A stretch of 64,000 bases of DNA from positions 41,991 through 105,990 of the forward strand of contig NZ_JAAXMS010000007.1 in the NCBI RefSeq assembly GCF_012290005.1, in the 5' to 3' direction. Below are positions 39,638-48,527 of this stretch, piece after piece (position 1 is the stretch's first letter; each line of letters begins with the position of its first letter). The translations under genes and the position numbers were made by a program. Below the pieces are notes generated by a model that did no database searches, was not told where the DNA came from, and saw nothing but the letters and a program-made list of their open reading frames with translations. This stretch comes from Crateriforma spongiae. GTDB lineage: Bacteria; Planctomycetota; Planctomycetia; Pirellulales; Pirellulaceae.

Positions 39638-40974
39638 CACAAAAATCGCCGATGTCACAGGGGCGTCGATGTTTGGATTTGACGTCGGCCGTGGCGATCG
39701 TCGCGGCCAGCATGATCGGCGCAGGGGTTTACACCACCAGCGGGTTTTCGATTGCGACCGCCGATTCGGCATGGACGGTGGTCGTGTTGTGGATCATCGG
39801 CGGTTTCGCGGCCGTGTGTGGCGCGATCGGTTATGCCGCGCTGTCGCGTCGATTTACCGAATCCGGCGGTGAGTATCTTTTTCTGTCCAAAACGCTGCAC
39901 CCGGTCGCGGGCGTCGTCGCCGGATGGGTTTCGGTGCTGGCAGGTTTTACCGGCCCAATCGCCTTGGCCGCATTGGCTTTGGATGTCTATTTGGTCGATG
40001 CGGAAACGTCGGCCCTTCCCGCCGGCAGCATCGCGGCATTGGCAATTGTGGCGGCCGCTGTTTTGCATTCGATCAGCGTGCACCCGTCTGCTCGGGTGCA
40101 AGATGTTGTGGTGGCATTGAAGCTGATGGTCCTGTTGGGCCTGGTTTGTTTTGCTGCCACCGTGGGACCATCGAACTGGATGGGGTTGCAGGCAACCGAC
40201 ACGCCACCCTTTTCTTGGGGCGAAACCGCGACGTCGCTGTTGTACATCTCGTTCAGCTATGCGGGTTTCAATGCAGCCATCTATATCGCCGGTGAAGTCA
40301 AAAATCCCCAGCGGAACGTGCCCATGGCGATGGTCATTGGGACCGTGGTCGTTGCGGTTTTATACATCGCCTTGAACGCGGCTTTCGTGTTGATTCCATC
40401 GCGTGAATCCATCGCCGGCCAGCCGGACGTTGCCACCATCGCAGCGGGCGCCATTGGCGGGACGACTTTGGAAACGTTGGTTCGATGGGTGATCGTGGTT
40501 TCCTTGGCGACGTCGATTTCCGCGTTGGTGATGACCGGACCGCGGGTGTACGCCAAGATGGCCGACGATGGCTTTTTGCCCAGGTTCTTTAGCTTTCAGC
40601 ATCGCGTTCCATTGGTCGCGATTTGGATCCAAGCGGTGGCATCGATCATCGTCGTGTTCTGGACTGACCTTCAGTTCCTGTTGGGGTACCTGTCTTTCAC
40701 GCTGATGTTTTGCTCCGCGTTGACGGTTGCAATGGTTTGGAAGCAGCGTGACTTGGATTTGTGGGGTTCACAATGGTTGCCAAAGATCGCGTCGGCGATC
40801 TTTGTTCTGTTCAGCGTGATGACCATGGTGGTATCAGCCCGGGTGAACGTCGGCGGCACCATTGCCGCTTTTGTCACGCTTGCGATTGGCGTGGGCGTGT
40901 ATCTGTTGCGGTCCAAGTCGAACACGCCGGACGCCCAGGCGAACATGAGTTTGGAACGCAAGCGGGAAGAATGA
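39634..40974 (+). CDS. APC-superfamily amino acid/polyamine permease
   Basis: LTSAVAIVAASMIGAGVYTTSGF, 12 predicted TM segments, and FSYAGFNAAIYIAGEVKNPQRNVP. Alternative ATG start at 39652. Confidence 0.8.
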   Translation: MTQKSPMSQGRRCLDLTSAVAIVAASMIGAGVYTTSGFSIATADSAWTVVVLWIIGGFAAVCGAIGYAALSRRFTESGGEYLFLSKTLHPVAGVVAGWVSVLAGFTGPIALAALALDVYLVDAETSALPAGSIAALAIVAAAVLHSISVHPSARVQDVVVALKLMVLLGLVCFAATVGPSNWMGLQATDTPPFSWGETATSLLYISFSYAGFNAAIYIAGEVKNPQRNVPMAMVIGTVVVAVLYIALNAAFVLIPSRESIAGQPDVATIAAGAIGGTTLETLVRWVIVVSLATSISALVMTGPRVYAKMADDGFLPRFFSFQHRVPLVAIWIQAVASIIVVFWTDLQFLLGYLSFTLMFCSALTVAMVWKQRDLDLWGSQWLPKIASAIFVLFSVMTMVVSARVNVGGTIAAFVTLAIGVGVYLLRSKSNTPDAQANMSLERKREE

Positions 40975-42404
40975 ACGACCAGACCACGAGATCATTGGGA
41001 CATTGGATCGACGGTGATTGGCGTGATCCCGTCGATGGCGTTTGGCGGGAAAACCTCAGTCCCATTGATCAGCGGTGTGCCGGGCGATTCGCGGTGGCAT
41101 CAATCGAGGATGCCGATTCGGCTGTTGCATCGGCACGGCAAGCTTTTGAACAGAACCGTGATGCCAAGCCTAGCGACCGCGAGGCCTGGTTGTTGGCCGC
41201 GGCGGACGGTTTGCAAAACTCAGCCGATGAAGTGGTCGACGCGTTGATCGTGGACACCGGTTCGCCGATCAGTAAAGCACAGCGTGAAGTGGCAACGTCG
41301 ATCGGTGTGCTGCGCGCGGCCGCCGGCGCTTGTCGCCGGATCTTGGGACAGACACTGCCCAGTGACGTCCCGGGCCGATGGAGCTTTGCGGTACGGCGCC
41401 CATTGGGCGTGGTCGCTGGCATTACGCCGTTCAACGTACCGCTGATCAAAGCCGTCAAGCACAGTGCGTTGCCACTGGCCACCGGGAACGCCGTGGTGAT
41501 GTTGCCGTCACCACAAGCACCCCACATGGCGGCGATGTTGGCCGAGATTTATCAGGATGCGGGGGTTCCGCGTGGGCTGTTCAATGTCGTCTTTGGTGAC
41601 GGTGATGTGGTCGGCGATGCACTCACCATCCACCCTGACGTTCAGATGGTTGGCTTCACCGGCAGCACGACGGTCGGTCGCCGTGTCGCGACGCGGGCCG
41701 CAGCCGATGGCAAACGAGTCACGCTGGAAATGGGGGGAAAGAATCCGGCGGTCGTTTGTGGTGATGCCGATTTGCAGTCGGCGGCACCGATGATTGCGAT
41801 GGGCGGCTTTCTGTTCCAGGGCCAGCTTTGTATGTCCACCAGTTGGGTACTGGCCCACGAAAGTGTTCATCGCAAGTTGTGCGAACGACTGGTCAACGTT
41901 GCGACGCGTTTGCCCGATGGCGACCTGCGTGATCCCGCCACGGTGATCGGACCGATGATCAGTGATCGGCAGTGCGAAAGGGTCCAGCGGTTGGTCGACG
42001 ACGCCGTCCATCGCGGCGCCAGAGTGCTGTGTGGTGGCGGGCATTCCGGGCGTACGTTCCAGCCAACCGTGCTGGCCGATGTCGATGATTCGATGGACGT
42101 CATGAAGCAGGAGATCTTTGGGCCGGTCATTTGTATCCAGGCCTTCACCGAATTGCAGGACGCCATCGATCGCATCAATGATCGTCGGTTTGCCCTTTGT
42201 GCCGCCATCCACACCGATTCACTTGGCGATGCCAGAATGTTTGCCAAGCAATGTGGATCCGCGATGGTTCACATCAACGGGCCGACCGTCCAGGAAGAAG
42301 CACATGTGCCATTTGGTGGCAGTAAGGATAGTGGCTTTGGACGCGAAGGCGCGTTGGTCGGCATTGATGAATTGACCACGTGGCAGTGGGTCACGGCGAA
42401 CTAG
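40971..42404 (+). CDS. NAD(P)-dependent aldehyde dehydrogenase
   Basis: ITPFNVPLIKAV, LEMGGKNP, FLFQGQLCMS (catalytic Cys) and EEAHVPFGGSKDSGFGREG. The ATG at 40971 overlaps the permease stop (ATGA). Confidence 0.9.
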   Translation: MNDQTTRSLGHWIDGDWRDPVDGVWRENLSPIDQRCAGRFAVASIEDADSAVASARQAFEQNRDAKPSDREAWLLAAADGLQNSADEVVDALIVDTGSPISKAQREVATSIGVLRAAAGACRRILGQTLPSDVPGRWSFAVRRPLGVVAGITPFNVPLIKAVKHSALPLATGNAVVMLPSPQAPHMAAMLAEIYQDAGVPRGLFNVVFGDGDVVGDALTIHPDVQMVGFTGSTTVGRRVATRAAADGKRVTLEMGGKNPAVVCGDADLQSAAPMIAMGGFLFQGQLCMSTSWVLAHESVHRKLCERLVNVATRLPDGDLRDPATVIGPMISDRQCERVQRLVDDAVHRGARVLCGGGHSGRTFQPTVLADVDDSMDVMKQEIFGPVICIQAFTELQDAIDRINDRRFALCAAIHTDSLGDARMFAKQCGSAMVHINGPTVQEEAHVPFGGSKDSGFGREGALVGIDELTTWQWVTAN

Positions 42405-42429
42405 TTCCCGTGTTTGGACCACGGGGAAC
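42404..42429. terminator. Stem-loop immediately after the aldehyde dehydrogenase stop (putative terminator, no U-tract)
   Basis: gttcccgtg-tttggac-cacgg(g)gaac forms 9 bp with one bulged G. It begins within the TAG stop. Confidence 0.3.
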
Positions 42430-42470
42430 GAATCGCAGTGAGCGTAATTCCCTCGACACCGTCGCGGTGG

Positions 42471-42569
42471 TTACAGGATCGAACTGGTCAAGATTCCCAC
42501 GATGGTTGCCAGAGCAATGACGACAAAGGCGATGGTCGGGTCGGTCGGTTGGGTGTGTTCGGACATCAT
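42471..42569 (-). CDS. Candidate 32-aa single-TM micro-protein
   Basis: Own translation: MMSEHTQPTDPTIAFVVIALATIVGILTSSIL*. GGGAG lies 9 nt upstream of the ATG. It is below the track's size cutoff and has no homology evidence. Confidence 0.25.
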   Translation of the reverse strand: MMSEHTQPTDPTIAFVVIALATIVGILTSSIL

Positions 42570-42793
42570 CAGGCGCGGCTCCCGTCGGCGAATCTGGGTC
42601 AAGACATCGGGGTTTCTTCTGGTTGGGAACATCGGAGGCGTTTGCCCCATGCGGGATCAGAACGCTGAATCCGTTGTGCCTTTAGTGCCCAGCGGAAGCC
42701 ACGGGAAAACGTGACAAGAAAAACCGCAGATTTGTCTTTTTCCCGCCTCAGGCCGTGCCGTGTCAGATTCGCTGACCCCGTTGCAGACGTCTT

Positions 42794-44794
42794 TCAAAGC
42801 CCCATTTCGCCCGCGAATTCCCAGACGCTGTGATAGGCCGACTGGTCATCGAAGTACTGCAGCATGTCGGCATAAAACGCATCATTTCCAAGCGTGCCGC
42901 TGTCACCGACGACCACCAGACGGCGTTTGGCGCGGGTCATCGCGACGTTGGTCCGACGGGTGTCTTTCAGAAAACCGATTTCCCCGGTTTCGTTGCTGCG
43001 GACCATTGTCAACAGAACGACGTCTTTTTCGCGTCCCTGGAATCCGTCCACCGTGTCGACTTCGATACGGTGGTCATCCAGTCGCGAACGCAGACACCGG
43101 ACTTGGGCGGCATAGGGGGCAATGATGGCCATTTCCGATGGCCGCACGCCGCTTTCGATCAATTGTCGGACCAGGAAAACGATCACGTTGGCTTCGCCTG
43201 GATTCAGTTTGCTTAAACCGTCGGGTTCCAATTGTTCGTCCATCCCCGCGCCGGCGGTGTCGATCAACATCAGGGGGGAATCTGTCCAGCGGTTGTTTTC
43301 AACGTGCGGCAGGTCGGACAACAACCGATCTTTGACCGAGGCGTCAGCCACCAGATCGCCGTCATAGAACGTATCGGACGAAAACCGCATGATCTGTTGA
43401 TGCATCCGGTACTGGACCTTCAAGCGTCGATAGATCGTTTCGCCGTCACGTTCGACCAAACGCTGCATCGTCGAACGTCGCATCCCGTCGTCGGCGGCTT
43501 GATCGCTTAGTACGGTGGGAGGAAGCTGGAAGTGATCGCCGGCGATCACCAACCGCTCGGCACGATCCACGGCTTGCCAGATCCCAGGTTCGGTGCACTG
43601 ACAGGCTTCGTCGATCACCACCAAGTCAAAATCGCGTTTGCCCAGCAAGTCGTCGTCGATCGTTGTGGTGGTGCAGATCACATCGGCGCCGTCCAAGACG
43701 CCACGAACGATCGAACGCTCCAGTGCACGGATTTGTCCGCGCAGCTGGCCGGCTTCGGCAAACAATTGCCCGCGTCGTTTGTAACCATCACGTCCGCTGG
43801 GACGTTTGGATGCGGCGTTGACCAATTGGTCGACTTCTCGGCGCATGTCCTCGATCACGGCGGCCGACGGATCCGATTCCACCCGTTCGTCCAACGTGTG
43901 TCCGCGCAGCGATTCAAACACCCGCGCCGGATGCCCCACACGGATCACGGCGTCGTGCATGTCGACCAATTTTTCCATCAGGTTGTCGACGGCGGTATTG
44001 CTGGGGGCACACGCCAGCACTCGGCCGCCAAGCCGCACGGTTTGATAGATGATTTCGGCAACGGTTGTGGTTTTGCCGGTCCCCGGCGGACCATGAATCA
44101 CGGCCACGTCTTGGGCGGACAACGCGAATCGTACCGCTTCGCGTTGCGGCGGGTTCAGGTCGGTCAGAAATTCTACTTGAGGTTCTTGGCCGAACCGCAG
44201 CGGCCGGTTTCCCAGAATGACGTCGCGCAGTTTGGCGGCGCGGCCCTCGGCGGTTTGGCTCTTGGCCATCGCGGCCAACTGACGACGGCGTGTGGTTTCA
44301 TCCGGCGACAGGTCGATGCGAAAACGGTCGCCTTCGGGCCAGCGTTCGGTGGCCACTTGGATCATGTGGGACTTGCGTCGACTGACCACGCCGGCGACCC
44401 CTTCATCGGAATCATCGGCGTCGTCGCTGATGACCACCGGCGATCCGACCTTTAGCCGGTTCATGGGCAGCGGTGCGGAGGTGGCTTTGACAAATTCCAG
44501 TAGGTATCGGCCCGCCAATCCGATTTGGTGATCCGACATGTCCATCGCCAGCAACGTTTCGCCGGTTCGTTCGACGTCGGCGCGGCGTTGCATTTGGCGG
44601 CGTCGAGCCATGCGTTGGCGTTCCGCTTCGGATTCCAGATCCAACCAGCGTCGCAAGAGATCGAAATAGCGTTGTGGATCTTGGAAATCTGCGTCGGTGG
44701 CCGGTTGTGGATCCGCTAGTCCTTCGGCGAACCTGTCGGGATGCGACCGCTTGGATGAGTCTTTGGATCGTTTCGGGCGGCGGCGTGATGACAT
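42794..44794 (-). CDS. Superfamily 1B (Upf1/IGHMBP2/DNA2-like) helicase
   Basis: VIHGPPGTGKTTTVAEII (motif I), VLACAPSNTAVDNL, VVIDEACQCTEP (motif II), AGDHFQLPPTV, LKVQYRMHQQI, VDGFQGREKDVVLLTMVRSN and NVAMTRAKRRLVVVGD. Confidence 0.9.
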   Translation of the reverse strand: MSSRRRPKRSKDSSKRSHPDRFAEGLADPQPATDADFQDPQRYFDLLRRWLDLESEAERQRMARRRQMQRRADVERTGETLLAMDMSDHQIGLAGRYLLEFVKATSAPLPMNRLKVGSPVVISDDADDSDEGVAGVVSRRKSHMIQVATERWPEGDRFRIDLSPDETTRRRQLAAMAKSQTAEGRAAKLRDVILGNRPLRFGQEPQVEFLTDLNPPQREAVRFALSAQDVAVIHGPPGTGKTTTVAEIIYQTVRLGGRVLACAPSNTAVDNLMEKLVDMHDAVIRVGHPARVFESLRGHTLDERVESDPSAAVIEDMRREVDQLVNAASKRPSGRDGYKRRGQLFAEAGQLRGQIRALERSIVRGVLDGADVICTTTTIDDDLLGKRDFDLVVIDEACQCTEPGIWQAVDRAERLVIAGDHFQLPPTVLSDQAADDGMRRSTMQRLVERDGETIYRRLKVQYRMHQQIMRFSSDTFYDGDLVADASVKDRLLSDLPHVENNRWTDSPLMLIDTAGAGMDEQLEPDGLSKLNPGEANVIVFLVRQLIESGVRPSEMAIIAPYAAQVRCLRSRLDDHRIEVDTVDGFQGREKDVVLLTMVRSNETGEIGFLKDTRRTNVAMTRAKRRLVVVGDSGTLGNDAFYADMLQYFDDQSAYHSVWEFAGEMGL

Positions 44795-44827
44795 GAGGGA
44801 TGGTTTCGGGGGCTTCGGAGCGAATCA

Positions 44828-45121
44828 GTGTTGGATTGGCAAATCGGCTGGATGATCGTGGCGGGTTGGATGCTTGTTTGTTCGTCGGCCGAGATCGCCG
44901 CCTATGGCTGGGACAAGTGGTCAGCGATTCGCAACCGACGACGAATCCCCGAATCCACTTTGGTAACCATCGCCGCGTTGGGGGGATGGCCCGGGGGGAT
45001 GCTGGCATCGCGATGGTTTCGGCACAAGACCATCAAAGGCAGCTATCGGATCAAGTTTGCGGTCGCCACGGTCGTCAACCTGGCTATACTTGCCACGCTG
45101 GTGTACCTGTTCGTTTGTTAA
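44828..45121 (+). CDS. DUF1294 small membrane protein
   Basis: YGWDKWSAIRNRRRIPESTLVTIAALGGWPGGMLASRWFRHKTIKGSYRIKF is the DUF1294 signature. GTG start, 33 nt from the divergent helicase start. Confidence 0.7.
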   Translation: MLDWQIGWMIVAGWMLVCSSAEIAAYGWDKWSAIRNRRRIPESTLVTIAALGGWPGGMLASRWFRHKTIKGSYRIKFAVATVVNLAILATLVYLFVC

Positions 45122-45194
45122 GTGGCTGGCCGGTGGGGCTGGCGGTTTTTCGCGTCCCGTGAATTCGGCCCACTGACCCGATTTCGTCGTTTCC

Positions 45195-48100
45195 ATGTCG
45201 TACGTCGAACTGCACTGTCGCAGCAATTTTTCGTTCCTGCGGGCTGCATCCCATCCCGACGAATTGGTTCAACAGGCTGCGGAACTGGGGTACGCGGGGA
45301 TCGCGATCACCGATCGTCATTCGATCGCCGGTGTCGTCCGCGGGTTTGCGCCGGCAAACGAATTGGGCATTCAGTACATCGTCGGCGCGGAATTGCATCC
45401 GGTCGATGCCCCGTCCATGGTGGTTTGGCCGACCGACCGGGCGGCCTATGGTCGATTGTGCCGTCTGCTGTCACGCGGAAGGATGCGATGCGAAAAAGGC
45501 CAGTGCAAGCTTCATTGGTCGGACATCGTCGAATTGAACGATGGTTTGTTGGCCGGCGTGTTGCCCGATGATCCGTCGTCCGTGTGGAACGACGATGAAC
45601 GCTCCGGTGAAATCGCTGGTAACCGGTCGGGCATGACGCCACAAGCGATGGCACGACTGGGACGATTCATGCGGACCCACTTTCGCGACGTGTTTGGTGA
45701 CCGTGGCTACTTGATGGCCGAACTGCATCAGGGCGTCGACGATGACTTGCGGTTACAAACGTTGGCCGATCTGGCATTGCGCTATGACGTTCCCTTGGTG
45801 GCATCGGGGGGTGTGGCCTATCACACACCCGATCGCATGTTGATGCACGACTGTGTCACGGCCATTCGGTTGGGAAAGACCATCGCCGAAATCCATGCGG
45901 ATCGATACGCCAACAGCCAGCGACATTTGAAATCGCTGGCACGAATCCGACACCTGTACCGTGACCAATCGCGTGCGGTCAGTCGAACATTGGAAATCGC
46001 ACAGCGTTGCCAGTTTCGCTTGAGTGAGTTGCGTTACGAGTATCCCGAGGAAATCGCACCGCCCGGGATGACGATGATCGAGCACCTGAAGCGGTTGACT
46101 TGGGAAGGCGCCAAACAACGATGGCCCGGCGGCGTGCCCGACAATGTACTGGCGTCGCTGAAGCACGAAATCCAGTTGATCGAAGAACTAAAATACGAAG
46201 CCTATTTTTTGACCGTCTGGGACATGGTGCGTTTCGCCCGCAGTCGGGGCATTCTGTGTCAGGGCCGCGGTTCGGCGGCCAACAGTTCGGTGTGCTATTG
46301 CCTGGGCATCACGGCGGTTGATCCCGGCCAAGGTGAACTGCTGTTCGAACGATTCATTTCACGTGAACGGAACGAAGCCCCCGACATCGACGTCGATTTC
46401 GAACACCAGCGACGCGAGGAGGTGCTGCAGTACTTGTACGAAAAGTACGGTCGCGATCGCGCGGGGATGACCGCCACGGTGACAACGTATCGCGGCAAAA
46501 GTGCGATTCGTGAAGTCGGTAAAGCTTTGGGGGCATCGGCCGACGCGATCGACACGTTGGCCAAGTTGGCCGGCAGTTATGACCGGAATCCTGATTTGCC
46601 CGATCGGTGTCGCCAGTCGGGGATTGACCCCGATTCGGAACTCGGGCGGCGTTGGATTCATCTGGTGATGACGCTGATCGGATTCCCCCGGCATCTGTCG
46701 CAACACGTCGGCGGGATGGTGATGACGGCGGGAAACCTGTGCGAATTGTGTGTGATCGAAAACGCGGCGATGCCGGGCCGGACGGTCATCCAGTGGGACA
46801 AAGACGACTTGGATGAACTGGGCATTTTGAAAGTGGATGTGCTTTCACTGGGAATGCTTTCGGCCATTCGGCGGGCATTTGAATTGGTTCACCAGCATCA
46901 CGGTCGTGATTGGAATCTGGCCAATCTGCCACCGGATGATCCGGCGACGTATGACATGATCTGTCGTGCCGACACCGTCGGGGTCTTTCAGATCGAAAGC
47001 CGGGCACAAATGAGCATGCTGCCGCGACTGAAGCCCAAGTGTTATTACGACTTGGTCATCGAAGTGGCGATCGTGCGTCCGGGGCCGATCCAAGGCAATA
47101 TGGTGCACCCGTTCTTACAGGCTCGTGAAAATCCCGATGCGGTGGTCTATCCCAACGATGCGATCCGGAAAGTATTGGAAAAGACCCTGGGGGTTCCGAT
47201 CTTTCAAGAACAGGCGATGAAGTTGGCCGTCGTTGCGGCGGGATTCACGCCCGGCGAAGCCGACCAGTTGCGGCGGGCCATGGCGGCGTGGCGTCGTCCA
47301 GGAATCATCGACAAGTTTCGAATCAAGTTGCTCCAAGGCATGACCGCCAATGGCTTGACCGGTGAGTTTGCCGAACAAGTGTTTCGCCAAATCCGTGGCT
47401 TCGGCGAATACGGATTTCCCGAATCGCACGCGGCCAGTTTTGCACTGTTGGTGTATGCATCGGCGTACTTGAAGTGCCATTACCCCGCCGCTTTTTGTGC
47501 GGCCCTGTTGAACAGCCAACCGATGGGATTTTACGCACCCGCGCAACTGATCGCTGATGCGCGAAATCACGGCGTCACCGTGCGACCGCCCGATGTGAAT
47601 CACAGCCAGATCGACGCGACGTTGGAAGACGCCGGGCAGACGGTGCGATTGGGCCTGCGTTCGGTTCGCGGCTTGGCGATCGATCATGCCGAACGTTTGA
47701 TCCAGCGGCGTCCAAGAACCGGGTATCGGTCGATGGCCGATCTGACCCGCCAAGCCGGCGTCGGGCAAGCGGGCATCACTCGGTTGGCCGATGCCGATGC
47801 GTTGCAGTCCATCTGTGGGGATCGTCGTGCGGCACTTTGGCAATCGCTTGCCCAAGAACAACGACCCGATGCCACGCCGCTGTTCGCATCGGCTGATGAC
47901 GATGAAGCGGTCCCCGAATCGGTGACACCGATGGGCGACCTGCAGGAAGTCTATGCCGATTACGAGACGACGGGGCTGAGTTTAAAAGGACACCCGATCG
48001 CGTTCGTCCGACGTGAACTGGATGCCCAACGTTGTGTTCGAAGTTGTGATCTGCCCCGATTGCGTGATGGGCGTCACGTCCGAGTGGCCGGTTTGGTATT

Positions 48101-48353
48101 GATGCGCCAGCGACCGGCGACCGCCAAAGGCATCACCTTTGTCACGATCGAAGATGAAACGGGACCGATCAACCTGGTGATGTTTGCCGATGTGTGGAAA
48201 CGGGAGTTTCGGGTCGCCAAAGGCAGCAATGCATGGATGGTCGACGGAAAACTGGAAAACCGCCAAAACGTGATTCATGTCATCGTCGGCAATCTGACGG
48301 ATCTGTCCGAAAAGGTCACCGGTTTGATTACAAAGTCACGTGACTTTCGCTGA
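45195..48353 (+). CDS. dnaE2: Error-prone DNA polymerase (DnaE2-type Pol III alpha homologue)
   Basis: MSYVELHCRSNFSFLRAASHPDELVQQAAELGYAGIAITDRHSIAGVVRGF is a DnaE2-type PHP N-terminus. At 1052 aa it has DnaE2 length. Palm and fingers motifs are GRGSAANSSVCYCLGIT, PDIDVDFEH and LKVDVLSLGML. C-terminal OB fold. Confidence 0.9.
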   Translation: MSYVELHCRSNFSFLRAASHPDELVQQAAELGYAGIAITDRHSIAGVVRGFAPANELGIQYIVGAELHPVDAPSMVVWPTDRAAYGRLCRLLSRGRMRCEKGQCKLHWSDIVELNDGLLAGVLPDDPSSVWNDDERSGEIAGNRSGMTPQAMARLGRFMRTHFRDVFGDRGYLMAELHQGVDDDLRLQTLADLALRYDVPLVASGGVAYHTPDRMLMHDCVTAIRLGKTIAEIHADRYANSQRHLKSLARIRHLYRDQSRAVSRTLEIAQRCQFRLSELRYEYPEEIAPPGMTMIEHLKRLTWEGAKQRWPGGVPDNVLASLKHEIQLIEELKYEAYFLTVWDMVRFARSRGILCQGRGSAANSSVCYCLGITAVDPGQGELLFERFISRERNEAPDIDVDFEHQRREEVLQYLYEKYGRDRAGMTATVTTYRGKSAIREVGKALGASADAIDTLAKLAGSYDRNPDLPDRCRQSGIDPDSELGRRWIHLVMTLIGFPRHLSQHVGGMVMTAGNLCELCVIENAAMPGRTVIQWDKDDLDELGILKVDVLSLGMLSAIRRAFELVHQHHGRDWNLANLPPDDPATYDMICRADTVGVFQIESRAQMSMLPRLKPKCYYDLVIEVAIVRPGPIQGNMVHPFLQARENPDAVVYPNDAIRKVLEKTLGVPIFQEQAMKLAVVAAGFTPGEADQLRRAMAAWRRPGIIDKFRIKLLQGMTANGLTGEFAEQVFRQIRGFGEYGFPESHAASFALLVYASAYLKCHYPAAFCAALLNSQPMGFYAPAQLIADARNHGVTVRPPDVNHSQIDATLEDAGQTVRLGLRSVRGLAIDHAERLIQRRPRTGYRSMADLTRQAGVGQAGITRLADADALQSICGDRRAALWQSLAQEQRPDATPLFASADDDEAVPESVTPMGDLQEVYADYETTGLSLKGHPIAFVRRELDAQRCVRSCDLPRLRDGRHVRVAGLVLMRQRPATAKGITFVTIEDETGPINLVMFADVWKREFRVAKGSNAWMVDGKLENRQNVIHVIVGNLTDLSEKVTGLITKSRDFR

Positions 48354-48527
48354 CCGCGTTGCCGCTGAAGTCTTAAGGCTATCAGGCCATGCATCGAAGG
48401 ACATGTGTGCGACCGCTTGACGCACAGTGGCTTTGAAATGAACGGCGGCGAAGCTGGCGGTTATTCTTTGCCTGTGTCGTCGACCCTTGGGCGATCGCGT
48501 CAAGAATGACTCCACCGGAACAATCAC

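Noticed and set aside
45122-45215. Search for a LexA/SOS box upstream of dnaE2
   Set aside because: I saw no CTGT-N8-ACAG, GAAC-N4-GTTC or GTTC-N7-GTTC. The CTGC-ACTGTC-GCAG palindrome at the start of the CDS does not match a known box.
37994-48000. Other long antisense ORFs (37994..38761, 38691..39344, 41508..42212, 43532..44455, 47115..47861)
   Set aside because: Each lies opposite a gene with strong family motifs (trhO, ALDH, SF1 helicase, dnaE2) and has Arg/Gly/Pro-rich shadow composition.
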